Assembly: GCA_964057225.1 (NCBI GenBank)
Contig: OZ059894.1
Coordinates: 22,816,001 to 22,880,000, forward strand
Source of the DNA: Auanema rhodensis
Lineage: Eukaryota; Animalia; Nematoda
Length of the DNA stretch: 64,000 nt
Direction: 5' to 3'
Within the stretch, counting starts at the first letter, position 1. The number at the start of each line of letters is the position of its first letter. This document shows, in pieces, positions 42,047 through 55,699 of the stretch. A program made the position numbers and the translations under genes. The notes below the pieces were generated by a model. It ran no database searches, had not been told where the DNA came from, and worked only from the letters and a program-made list of their open reading frames with translations.

Positions 42047-43450
42047 GATTCCATTTTTCAAGGCAAAGACGATGGACATTGTTATTCAACGAAAAAATTA
42101 ATTCTTCAGGGTGAAAATCGAGGATATAAGTGTGAACTTATATCAGTTGATATCTCGGTGCATTTTTAAGCTAGCGCAAATCTGATAACACAGATCGACG
42201 CAGCTTAAAAATCCGCATCGAATGCACTATACTACATTAAGAAACGCTTAATACAAAAATTAGTTATGATCGTTTGAAAAATGATGCATTAGTGTATGTT
42301 GAGTTTCCATGTACACTCAACATTGCTTCCAAAAACATTTTGACAAAAATTTTTTCGAAAAATTTCAAAATAATTTAGCAAAAAGTAGATGTTTTTAGAT
42401 TCCTTTTTTCAAGGCAAAGACGATGGACAATGTTATTCAACGAAAAAATTAATTCTTCAGGGTGAAAATCGAGGATATAAGTGTGAACTTATATCAGTTG
42501 ATATCTCGGTGCATTTTTAAGTTAGCGCAAATCTGATAACACAGATCGACGCAGCTTAAAAATCCGCATCGAATGCACTATACTACATTAAGAAACGCTT
42601 AATACAAAAATTAGTTATGATCGTTTGAAAAATGATGCATTAGTGTATGTTGAGTTTCCATGTACACTCAACATTGCTTCCAAAAACATTTTGACAAAAA
42701 TTTTTTCGAAAAATTTCAAAATAATTTAGCAAAAAGTAGATGTTTTTAGATTCCTTTTTTCAAGGCAAAGACGATGGACAATGTTATTCAACGAAAAAAT
42801 TAATTCTTCAGGGTGAAAATCGAGGATATAAGTGTGAACTTATATCAGTTGATATCTCGGTGCATTTTTAAGCTAGCGCAAATCTGATAACACAGATCGA
42901 CGCAGCTTAAAAATCCGCATCGAATGCACTATACTACATTGAGAAACGCTTGATACAAAAATTAGTTATGATCGTTTGAAAAATGATGCATTAGTGTATG
43001 TTGAGTTTCCATGTACACTCAACATTGCTTCCAAAAACATTTTGACAAAAATTTTTTCGAAAAATTTCAGAATAATTTAGCAAAAAGTAGATGTTTTTAG
43101 ATTCCTTTTTTCAAGGCAAAGACGATGGTCAATGTTATTCAACGAAAAAATCAATTCTTCAGGGTGAAAATCGAGGATATAAGTGTGAACTTATATCAGT
43201 TGATATCTCGGTGCATTTTTAAGCTAGCGCAAATCTGATAACACAGATCGACGCAGCTTAAAAATCCGCATCGAATGCACTATACTACATTAAGAAACGC
43301 TTAATACAAAAATTAGTTATTATCGTTTGAAAAATGATGCATTAGTGTATGTTGAGTTTCCATGTACACTCAACATTGCTTCCAAAAACATTTTGACAAA
43401 AATTTTTTCGAAAAATTTCAAAATAATTTAGCAAAAAGTAGATGTTTTTA

Positions 43451-43586
43451 GATTCCTTTTTTCAAGGCAAAGACGATGGACAATGTTATTCAACGAAAAA
43501 ATTAATTCTTCAGGGTGAAAATCGAGGATATAAGTGTGAAATTTCGAAAAATTTCATAATAATTTAGCAAAAAGTAGATGTTTTTA
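43451..43586. repeat. Truncated 136-bp monomer, junction at 43541
   Basis: Identical junction, 1540 bp (4x351+136) after the previous one. Confidence 0.96.
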
Positions 43587-46500
43587 GATTCCATTTTTCA
43601 AGGCAAAGACGATGGACATTGTTATTCAACGAAAAAATTAATTCTTCAGGGTGAAAATCGAGGATATAAGTGTGAACTTATATCAGTTGATATCTCGGTG
43701 CATTTTTAAGCTAGCGCAAATCTGATAACACAGATCGACGCAGCTTAAAAATCCGCATCGAATGCACTATACCACATTGAAAAACGCTTAATACAAAAAT
43801 TAGTTATGATCGTTTGAAAAATGATGCATTAGTGTATGTTGAGTTTCCATGTACACTCAACATTGCTTCCAAAAACATTTTGACAAAAATTTTTTCGAAA
43901 AATTTCAGAATAATTTAGCAAAAAGTAGATGTTTTCAGATTCCTTTTCTCAAGGCAAAGACGATGGTCAATGTTATTCAACAAAAAAATCAATTCTTCAG
44001 GGTGAAAATCGAGGATATAAGTGTGAACTTATATCAGTTGATATCTCGGTGCATTTTTAAGCTAGCGCAAATCTGATAACACAGATCGACGCAGCTTAAA
44101 AATCCGCATCGAATGCACTATACTACATTGAGAAACGCTTAATACAAAAATTAGTTATGATCGTTTGAAAAATGATGCATTAGTGTATGTTGAGTTTCCA
44201 TGTACACTCAACATTGCTTCCAAAAACATTTTGACAAAAATTTTTTCGAAAAATTTCATAATAATTTAGCAAAAAGTAGATGTTTTTAGATTCCATTTTT
44301 CAAGGCAAAGACGATGGACATTGTTATTCAACGAAAAAATTAATTCTTCAGGGTGAAAATCGAGGATATAAGTGTGAACTTATATCAGTTGATATCTCGG
44401 TGCATTTTTAAGCTAGCGCAAATCTGATAACACAGCTCGACGCAGCTTAAAAATCCGCATCGAATGCACTATACCACATTGAGAAACGCTTAATACAAAA
44501 ATTAGTTATGATCGTTTGAAAAATGATGCATTAGTGTATGTTGAGTTTCCATGTACACTCAACATTGCTTCCAAAAACATTTTGACAAAAATTTTTTCGA
44601 AAAATTTCAGAATAATTTAGCAAAAAGTAGATGTTTTCAGATTCCTTTTCTCAAGGCAAAGACGATGGTCAATGTTATTCAACGAAAAAATCAATTCTTC
44701 AGGGTGAAAATCGAGGATATAAGTGTGAACTTATATCAGTTGATATCTCGGTGCATTTTTAAGCTAGCGCAAATCTGATAACACAGATCGACGCAGCTTA
44801 AAAATCCGCATCGAATGCACTATACTACATTGAGAAACGCTTAATACAAAAATTAGTTATGATCGTTTGAAAAATGATGCATTAGTGTATGTTGAGTTTC
44901 CATGTACACTCAACATTGCTTCCAAAAACATTTTGACAAAAATTTTTTCGAAAAATTTCAGAATAATTTAGCAAAAAGTAGATGTTTTTAGATTCCTTTT
45001 TTCAAGGCAAAGACGATGGTCAATGTTATTCAACGAAAAAATCAATTCTTCAGGGTGAAAATCGAGGATATAAGTGTGAACTTATATCAGTTGATATCTC
45101 GGTTTATTTTTAAGCTAGCGCAAATCTGATAACACAGATCGACGAGGCTTAAAAATCCGCATCGAATGCACTATACTATATTGAGAAACGCTTAATACAA
45201 AAATTAGTTATGATAGTTTGAAAAATGATGCATTAGTGTATGTTGAGTTTCCATGTACACTCAACATTGCTTCCAAAAACATTTTGACAAAAATTTTTTC
45301 GAAAAATTTCAGAATAATTTAGCAAAAAGTAGATGTTTTTAGATTCCTTTTTTCAAGGCAAAGACGATGGTCAATGTTATTCAACGAAAAAATCAATTCT
45401 TCAGGGTGAAAATCGAGGATATAAGTGTGAACTTATATCAGTTGATATCTCGGTGCATTTTTAAGCTAGCGCAAATCTGATAACACAGATCGACGCAGCT
45501 TAAAAATCCGCATCGAATGCACTATACTACATTGAGAAACGCTTAATACAAAAATTAGTTATGATCGTTTGAAAAATGATGCATTAGTGTATGTTGAGTT
45601 TCCATGTACACTCAACATTGCTTCCAAAAACATTTTGACAAAAATTTTTTCGAAAAATTTCAGAATAATTTAGCAAAAACTAGATGTTTTCAGATTCCTT
45701 TTTTTCAAGGCAAAGACGATGGTCAATGTTATTCAACGAAAAAATCAATTCTTCAGGGTGAAAATCGAGGATATAAGTGTGAACTTATATCAGTTGATAT
45801 CTCGGTGCATTTTTAAGCTAGCGCAAATCTGATAACACAGATCGACGCAGCTTAAAAATCCGCATCGAATGCACTATACTACATTAAGAAACGCTTAATA
45901 CAAAAATTAGTTATGATCGTTTGAAAAATGATGCATTAGTGTATGTTGAGTTTCCATGTACACTCAACATTGCTTCCAAAAACATTTTGACAAAAATTTT
46001 TTCGAAAAATTTCAAAATAATTTAGCAAAAAGTAGATGTTTTTAGATTCCTTTTTTCAAGGCAAAGACGATGGACAATGTTATTCAACGAAAAAATTAAT
46101 TCTTCAGGGTGAAAATCGAGGATATAAGTGTGAACTTATATCAGTTGATATCTCGGTGCATTTTTAAGTTAGCGCAAATCTGATAACACAGATCGACGAG
46201 GCTTAAAAATCCGCATCGAATGCACTATACTATATTGAGAAACGCTTAATACAAAAATTAGTTATGATCGTTTGAAAAATGATGCATTAGTGTATGTTGA
46301 GTTTCCATGTACACTCAACATTGCTTCCAAAAACATTTTGACAAAAATTTTTTCGAAAAATTTCAGAATAATTTAGCAAAAAGTAGATGTTTTTAGATTC
46401 CTTTTTTCAAGGCAAAGACGATGGTCAATGTTATTCAACGAAAAAATCAATTCTTCAGGGTGAAAATCGAGGATATAAGTGTGAACTTATATCAGTTGAT

Positions 46501-49500
46501 ATCTCGGTGCATTTTTAAGCTAGCGCAAATCTGATAACACAGATCGACGCAGCTTAAAAATCCGCATCGAATGCACTATACTACATTGAGAAACGCTTAA
46601 TACAAAAATTAGTTATGATCGTTTGAAAAATGATGCATTAGTGTATGTTGAGTTTCCATGTACACTCAACATTGCTTCCAAAAACATTTTGACAAAAATT
46701 TTTTCGAAAAATTTCAGAATAATTTAGCAAAAAGTAGATGTTTTTAGATTCCTTTTTTCAAGGCAAAGACGATGGTCAATGTTATTCAACGAAAAAATCA
46801 ATTCTTCAGGGTGAAAATCGAGGATATAAGTGTGAACTTATATCAGTTGATATCTCGGTGCATTTTTAAGCTAGCGCAAATCTGATAACACAGATCGACG
46901 CAGCTTAAAAATCCGCATCGAATGCACTATACTACATTGAGAAACGCTTAATACAAAAATTAGTTATGATCGTTTGAAAAATGATGCATTAGTGTATGTT
47001 GAGTTTCCATGTACACTCAACATTGCTTCCAAAAACATTTTGACAAAAATTTTTTCGAAAAATTTCAGAATAATTTAGCAAAAACTAGATGTTTTCAGAT
47101 TCCTTTTTTTCAAGGCAAAGACGATGGTCAATGTTATTCAACGAAAAAATCAATTCTTCAGGGTGAAAATCGAGGATATAAGTGTGAACTTATATCAGTT
47201 GATATCTCGGTGCATTTTTAAGCTAGCGCAAATCTGATAACACAGATCGACGCAGCTTAAAAATCCGCATCGAATGCACTATACTACATTAAGAAACGCT
47301 TAATACAAAAATTAGTTATGATCGTTTGAAAAATGATGCATTAGTGTATGTTGAGTTTCCATGTACACTCAACATTGCTTCCAAAAACATTTTGACAAAA
47401 ATTTTTTCGAAAAATTTCAAAATAATTTAGCAAAAAGTAGATGTTTTTAGATTCCTTTTTTCAAGGCAAAGACGATGGACAATGTTATTCAACGAAAAAA
47501 TTAATTCTTCAGGGTGAAAATCGAGGATATAAGTGTGAACTTATATCAGTTGATATCTCGGTGCATTTTTAAGTTAGCGCAAATCTGATAACACAGATCG
47601 ACGAGGCTTAAAAATCCGCATCGAATGCACTATACTATATTGAGAAACGCTTAATACAAAAATTAGTTATGATCGTTTGAAAAATGATGCATTAGTGTAT
47701 GTTGAGTTTCCATGTACACTCAACATTGCTTCCAAAAACATTTTGACAAAAATTTTTTCGAAAAATTTCAGAATAATTTAGCAAAAAGTAGATGTTTTTA
47801 GATTCCTTTTTTCAAGGCAAAGACGATGGTCAATGTTATTCAACGAAAAAATCAATTCTTCAGGGTGAAAATCGAGGATATAAGTGTGAACTTATATCAG
47901 TTGATATCTCGGTGCATTTTTAAGCTAGCGCAAATCTGATAACACAGATCGACGCAGCTTAAAAATCCGCATCGAATGCACTATACTACATTGAGAAACG
48001 CTTAATACAAAAATTAGTTATGATCGTTTGAAAAATGATGCATTAGTGTATGTTGAGTTTCCATGTACACTCAACATTGCTTCCAAAAACATTTTGACAA
48101 AAATTTTTTCGAAAAATTTCAGAATAATTTAGCAAAAACTAGATGTTTTCAGATTCCTTTTTTTCAAGGCAAAGACGATGGTCAATGTTATTCAACGAAA
48201 AAATCAATTCTTCAGGGTGAAAATCGAGGATATAAGTGTGAACTTATATCAGTTGATATCTCGGTGCATTTTTAAGCTAGCGCAAATCTGATAACACAGA
48301 TCGACGCAGCTTAAAAATCCGCATCGAATGCACTATACTACATTGAGAAACGCTTAATACAAAAATTAGTTATGATCGTTTGAAAAATGATGCATTAGTG
48401 TATGTTGAGTTTCCATGTACACTCAACATTGCTTCCAAAAACATTTTGACAAAAATTTTTTCGAAAAATTTCAGAATAATTTAGCAAAAAGTAGATGTTT
48501 TTAGATTCCTTTTTTCAAGGCAAAGACGATGGTCAATGTTATTCAACGAAAAAATCAATTCTTCAGGGTGAAAATCGAGGATATAAGTGTGAACTTATAT
48601 CAGTTGATATCTCGGTGCATTTTTAAGCTAGCGCAAATCTGATAACACAGATCGACGCAGCTTAAAAATCCGCATCGAATGCACTATACTACATTGAGAA
48701 ACGCTTAATACAAAAATTAGTTATGATCGTTTGAAAAATGATGCATTAGTGTATGTTGAGTTTCCATGTACACTCAACATTGCTTCCAAAAACATTTTGA
48801 CAAAAATTTTTTCGAAAAATTTCAGAATAATTTAGCAAAAACTAGATGTTTTCAGATTCCTTTTTTTCAAGGCAAAGACGATGGTCAATGTTATTCAACG
48901 AAAAAATCAATTCTTCAGGGTGAAAATCGAGGATATAAGTGTGAACTTATATCAGTTGATATCTCGGTGCATTTTTAAGCTAGCGCAAATCTGATAACAC
49001 AGATCGACGCAGCTTAAAAATCCGCATCGAATGCACTATACTACATTAAGAAACGCTTAATACAAAAATTAGTTATGATCGTTTGAAAAATGATGCATTA
49101 GTGTATGTTGAGTTTCCATGTACACTCAACATTGCTTCCAAAAACATTTTGACAAAAATTTTTTCGAAAAATTTCAAAATAATTTAGCAAAAAGTAGATG
49201 TTTTTAGATTCCTTTTTTCAAGGCAAAGACGATGGACAATGTTATTCAACGAAAAAATTAATTCTTCAGGGTGAAAATCGAGGATATAAGTGTGAACTTA
49301 TATCAGTTGATATCTCGGTGCATTTTTAAGTTAGCGCAAATCTGATAACACAGATCGACGAGGCTTAAAAATCCGCATCGAATGCACTATACTATATTGA
49401 GAAACGCTTAATACAAAAATTAGTTATGATCGTTTGAAAAATGATGCATTAGTGTATGTTGAGTTTCCATGTACACTCAACATTGCTTCCAAAAACATTT

Positions 49501-52500
49501 TGACAAAAATTTTTTCGAAAAATTTCAGAATAATTTAGCAAAAAGTAGATGTTTTTAGATTCCTTTTTTCAAGGCAAAGACGATGGTCAATGTTATTCAA
49601 CGAAAAAATCAATTCTTCAGGGTGAAAATCGAGGATATAAGTGTGAACTTATATCAGTTGATATCTCGGTGCATTTTTAAGCTAGCGCAAATCTGATAAC
49701 ACAGATCGACGCAGCTTAAAAATCCGCATCGAATGCACTATACTACATTGAGAAACGCTTAATACAAAAATTAGTTATGATCGTTTGAAAAATGATGCAT
49801 TAGTGTATGTTGAGTTTCCATGTACACTCAACATTGCTTCCAAAAACATTTTGACAAAAATTTTTTCGAAAAATTTCAGAATAATTTAGCAAAAACTAGA
49901 TGTTTTCAGATTCCTTTTTTTCAAGGCAAAGACGATGGTCAATGTTATTCAACGAAAAAATCAATTCTTCAGGGTGAAAATCGAGGATATAAGTGTGAAC
50001 TTATATCAGTTGATATCTCGGTGCATTTTTAAGCTAGCGCAAATCTGATAACACAGATCGACGCAGCTTAAAAATCCGCATCGAATGCACTATACTACAT
50101 TGAGAAACGCTTAATACAAAAATTAGTTATGATCGTTTGAAAAATGATGCATTAGTGTATGTTGAGTTTCCATGTACACTCAACATTGCTTCCAAAAACA
50201 TTTTGACAAAAATTTTTTCGAAAAATTTCAGAATAATTTAGCAAAAACTAGATGTTTTCAGATTCCTTTTTTTCAAGGCAAAGACGATGGTCAATGTTAT
50301 TCAACGAAAAAATCAATTCTTCAGGGTGAAAATCGAGGATATAAGTGTGAACTTATATCAGTTGATATCTCGGTGCATTTTTAAGCTAGCGCAAATCTGA
50401 TAACACAGATCGACGCAGCTTAAAAATCCGCATCGAATGCACTATACTACATTAAGAAACGCTTAATACAAAAATTAGTTATGATCGTTTGAAAAATGAT
50501 GCATTAGTGTATGTTGAGTTTCCATGTACACTCAACATTGCTTCCAAAAACATTTTGACAAAAATTTTTTCGAAAAATTTCAAAATAATTTAGCAAAAAG
50601 TAGATGTTTTTAGATTCCTTTTTTCAAGGCAAAGACGATGGACAATGTTATTCAACGAAAAAATTAATTCTTCAGGGTGAAAATCGAGGATATAAGTGTG
50701 AACTTATATCAGTTGATATCTCGGTGCATTTTTAAGTTAGCGCAAATCTGATAACACAGATCGACGCAGCTTAAAAATCCGCATCGAATGCACTATACTA
50801 CATTAAGAAACGCTTAATACAAAAATTAGTTATGATCGTTTGAAAAATGATGCATTAGTGTATGTTGAGTTTCCATGTACACTCAACATTGCTTCCAAAA
50901 ACATTTTGACAAAAATTTTTTCGAAAAATTTCAAAATAATTTAGCAAAAAGTAGATGTTTTTAGATTCCTTTTTTCAAGGCAAAGACGATGGACAATGTT
51001 ATTCAACGAAAAAATTAATTCTTCAGGGTGAAAATCGAGGATATAAGTGTGAACTTATATCAGTTGATATCTCGGTGCATTTTTAAGTTAGCGCAAATCT
51101 GATAACACAGATCGACGCAGCTTAAAAATCCGCATCGAATGCACTATACTACATTAAGAAACGCTTAATACAAAAATTAGTTATGATCGTTTGAAAAATG
51201 ATGCATTAGTGTATGTTGAGTTTCCATGTACACTCAACATTGCTTCCAAAAACATTTTGACAAAAATTTTTTCGAAAAATTTCAAAATAATTTAGCAAAA
51301 AGTAGATGTTTTTAGATTCCTTTTTTCAAGGCAAAGACGATGGACAATGTTATTCAACGAAAAAATTAATTCTTCAGGGTGAAAATCGAGGATATAAGTG
51401 TGAACTTATATCAGTTGATATCTCGGTGCATTTTTAAGCTAGCGCAAATCTGATAACACAGATCGACGCAGCTTAAAAATCCGCATCGAATGCACTATAC
51501 TACATTGAGAAACGCTTGATACAAAAATTAGTTATGATCGTTTGAAAAATGATGCATTAGTGTATGTTGAGTTTCCATGTACACTCAACATTGCTTCCAA
51601 AAACATTTTGACAAAAATTTTTTCGAAAAATTTCAGAATAATTTAGCAAAAAGTAGATGTTTTTAGATTCCTTTTTTCAAGGCAAAGACGATGGTCAATG
51701 TTATTCAACGAAAAAATCAATTCTTCAGGGTGAAAATCGAGGATATAAGTGTGAACTTATATCAGTTGATATCTCGGTGCATTTTTAAGCTAGCGCAAAT
51801 CTGATAACACAGATCGACGCAGCTTAAAAATCCGCATCGAATGCACTATACTATATTGAGAAACGCTTAATACAAAATTTAGTTATGATCGTTTGGAAAA
51901 TGATGCATTAGTGTATGTTGAGTTTCCATGTACACTCAACATTGCTTCCAAAAACATTTTGACAAAAATTTTTTCGAAAAATTTCAGAATAATTTAGCAA
52001 AAAGTAGATGTTTTTAGATTCCATTTTTCAAGGCAAAGACGATGGACAATGTTATTCAACGAAAAAATCAATTCTTCAGGGTGAAAATCGAGGATATAAG
52101 TGTGAACTTATATCAGTTGATATCTCGGTGCATTTTTAAGCTAGCGCAAATCTGATAACACAGATCGACGCAGCTTAAAAATCCGCATCGAATGCACTAT
52201 ACTACATTAAGAAACGCTTAATACAAAAATTAGTTATGATCGTTTGAAAAATGATGCATTAGTGTATGTTGAGTTTCCATGTACACTCAACATTGCTTCC
52301 AAAAACATTTTGACAAAAATTTTTTCGAAAAATTTCAAAATAATTTAGCAAAAAGTAGATGTTTTTAGATTCCTTTTTTCAAGGCAAAGACGATGGACAA
52401 TGTTATTCAACGAAAAAATTAATTCTTCAGGGTGAAAATCGAGGATATAAGTGTGAACTTATATCAGTTGATATCTCGGTGCATTTTTAAGCTAGCGCAA

Positions 52501-55500
52501 ATCTGATAACACAGATCGACGCAGCTTAAAAATCCGCATCGAATGCACTATACTACATTGAGAAACGCTTGATACAAAAATTAGTTATGATCGTTTGAAA
52601 AATGATGCATTAGTGTATGTTGAGTTTCCATGTACACTCAACATTGCTTCCAAAAACATTTTGACAAAAATTTTTTCGAAAAATTTCAGAATAATTTAGC
52701 AAAAAGTAGATGTTTTTAGATTCCTTTTTTCAAGGCAAAGACGATGGTCAATGTTATTCAACGAAAAAATCAATTCTTCAGGGTGAAAATCGAGGATATA
52801 AGTGTGAACTTATATCAGTTGATATCTCGGTGCATTTTTAAGCTAGCGCAAATCTGATAACACAGATCGACGCAGCTTAAAAATCCGCATCGAATGCACT
52901 ATACTACATTAAGAAACGCTTAATACAAAAATTAGTTATGATCGTTTGAAAAATGATGCATTAGTGTATGTTGAGTTTCCATGTACACTCAACATTGCTT
53001 CCAAAAACATTTTGACAAAAATTTTTTCGAAAAATTTCAAAATAATTTAGCAAAAAGTAGATGTTTTTAGATTTCTTTTTTCAAGGCAAAGACGATGGAC
53101 AATGTTATTCAACGAAAAAATTAATTCTTCAGGGTGAAAATCGAGGATATAAGTGTGAACTTATATCAGTTGATATCTCGGTGCATTTTTAAGCTAGCGC
53201 AAATCTGATAACACAGATCGACGCAGCTTAAAAATCCGCATCGAATGCACTATACTATATTGAGAAACGCTTAATACAAAATTTAGTTATGATCGTTTGG
53301 AAAATGATGCATTAGTGTATGTTGAGTTTCCATGTACACTCAACATTGCTTCCAAAAACATTTTGACAAAAATTTTTTCGAAAAATTTCAGAATAATTTA
53401 GCCAAAAATAGATGTTTTTAGATTCCATTTTTCAAGGCAAAGACGATGGACAATGTTATTCAACGAAAAAATCAATTCTTCAGGGTGAAAATCGAGGATA
53501 TAAGTGTGAACTTATATCAGTTGATATCTCGGTGCATTTTTAAGCTAGCGCAAATCTGATAACACAGATCGACGCAGCTTAAAAATCCGCATCGAATGCA
53601 CTATACTACATTAAGAAACGCTTAATACAAAAATTAGTTATGATCGTTTGAAAAATGATGCATTAGTGTATGTTGAGTTTCCATGTACACTCAACATTGC
53701 TTCCAAAAACATTTTGACAAAAATTTTTTCGAAAAATTTCAGAATAATTTAGCAAAAAGTAGATGTTTTTAGATTCCATTTTTCAAGGCAAAGACGATGG
53801 ACAATGTTATTCAACGAAAAAATTAATTCTTCAGGGTGAAAATCGAGGATATAAGTGTGAACTTATATCAGTTGATATCTCGGTGCATTTTTAAGCTAGC
53901 GCAAATCTGATAACACAGATCGCCGCAGCTTAAAAATCCGCATCGAATGCACTATACTATATTGAGAAACGCTTAATACAAAAATTAGTTATGATCGTTT
54001 GAAAAATGATGCATTAGTGTATGTTGAGTTTCCATGTACACTCAACATTGCTTCCAAAAACATTTTGACAAAAATTTTTTCGAAAAATTTCAGAATAATT
54101 TAGCAAAAAGTAGATGTTTTTAGATTCCTTTTTCCAAGGCAAAGACGATGGTCAATGTTATTCAACGAAAAAATCAATTCTTCAGGGTGAAAATCGAGGA
54201 TATAAGTGTGAACTTATATCAGTTGATATCTCGGTGCATTTTTAAGCTAGCGCAAATCTGATAACACAGATCGACGCAGCTTAAAAATCCGCATCGAATG
54301 CACTATACTACATTGAGAAACGCTTAATACAAAAATTAGTTATGATCGTTTGAAAAATGATGCATTAGTGTATGTTGAGTTTCCATGTACACTCAACATT
54401 GCTTCCAAAAACATTTTGACAAAAATTTTTTCGAAAAATTTCAGAATAATTCAGCAAAAAGTAGATGATTTTAGATTTCATTTTTCAAGGCAAAGACGAT
54501 GAACAATGTTATTCAACGAAAAAATTAATTCTTCAGGGTGAAAATCGAGGATATAAGTGTGAACTTATATCAGTTGATATCTCGGTGCATTTTTAAGCTA
54601 GCGCAAATCTGATAACACAGATCGACGCAGCTTAACAATCCGCATCGAATGCACTATACTACATTGAAAAACGCTTAATACAAAAATTAGTTATGATCGT
54701 TTGAAAAATGATGCTTTAGTGTATGTTGAGTTTCCATGTACACTCAACATTGCTTCCAAAAACATTTTGACAAAAATTTTTTCGAAAAATTTCAGAATAA
54801 TTTAGCAAAAAGTAGATGTTTTTAGATTCCATTTTTCAAGGCAAAGACGATGGACAATGTTATTCAACGAAAAAATTAATTCTTCAGGGTGAAAATCGAG
54901 GATATAAGTGTGAACTTATATCAGTTGATATCTCGGTGCATTTTTAAGCTAGCGCAAATCTGATAACACAGATCGCCGCAGCTTAAAAATCCGCATCGAA
55001 TGCACTATACTATATTGAGAAACGCTTAATACAAAAATTAGTTATGATCGTTTGAAAAATGATGCATTAGTGTATGTTGAGTTTCCATGTACACTCAACA
55101 TTGCTTCCAAAAACATTTTGACAAAAATTTTTTCGAAAAATTTCATAATAATTTAGCAAAAAGTAGATGTTTTTAGATTCCATTTTTCAAGGCAAAGACG
55201 ATGGACAATGTTATTCAACGAAAAAATTAATTCTTCAGGGTGAAAATCGAGGATATAAGTGTGAACTTATATCAGTTGATATCTCGGTGCATTTTTAAGC
55301 TAGCGCAAATCTGATAACACAGATCGACGCAGCTTAAAAATCCGCATCGAATGCACTATACTATATTGAGAAACGCTTAATACAAAAATTAGTTATGATC
55401 GTTTGAAAAATGATGCATTAGTGTATGTTGAGTTTCCATGTACACTCAACATTGCTTCCAAAAACATTTTGACAAAAATTTTTTCGAAAAATTTCAGAAT

Positions 55501-55699
55501 AATTTAGCAAAAAGTAGATGTTTTTAGATTCCTTTTTCCAAGGCAAAGACGATGGTCAATGTTATTCAACGAAAAAATCAATTCTTCAGGGTGAAAATCG
55601 AGGATATAAGTGTGAACTTATATCAGTTGATATCTCGGTGCATTTTTAAGCTAGCGCAAATCTGATAACACAGATCGACGCAGCTTAAAAATCCGCATC

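Larger units (their letters stand above)
40560..43772. repeat. Higher-order tandem duplication, 1540-bp unit containing the truncated monomer
   Basis: Markers offset by 1540: GTTAGC 40981/42521, TGATAC 41411/42951, TATCGTT 41781/43321, junction 42001/43541. Confidence 0.9.
32450..53200. repeat. Variant domain C including all 352-bp monomers (boundaries approximate; a B-type copy is embedded at about 43.5-44.7 kb)
   Basis: GATTCCTTTTTT, GGTCAATG, TTTCAAAAT, AAGTTAGC, GACGAGGC dominate; eleven AAAACTAGATGTTTTCAGATTCC(T7) units marked by the 70-aa ORFs at 35148-50172. Confidence 0.8.
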
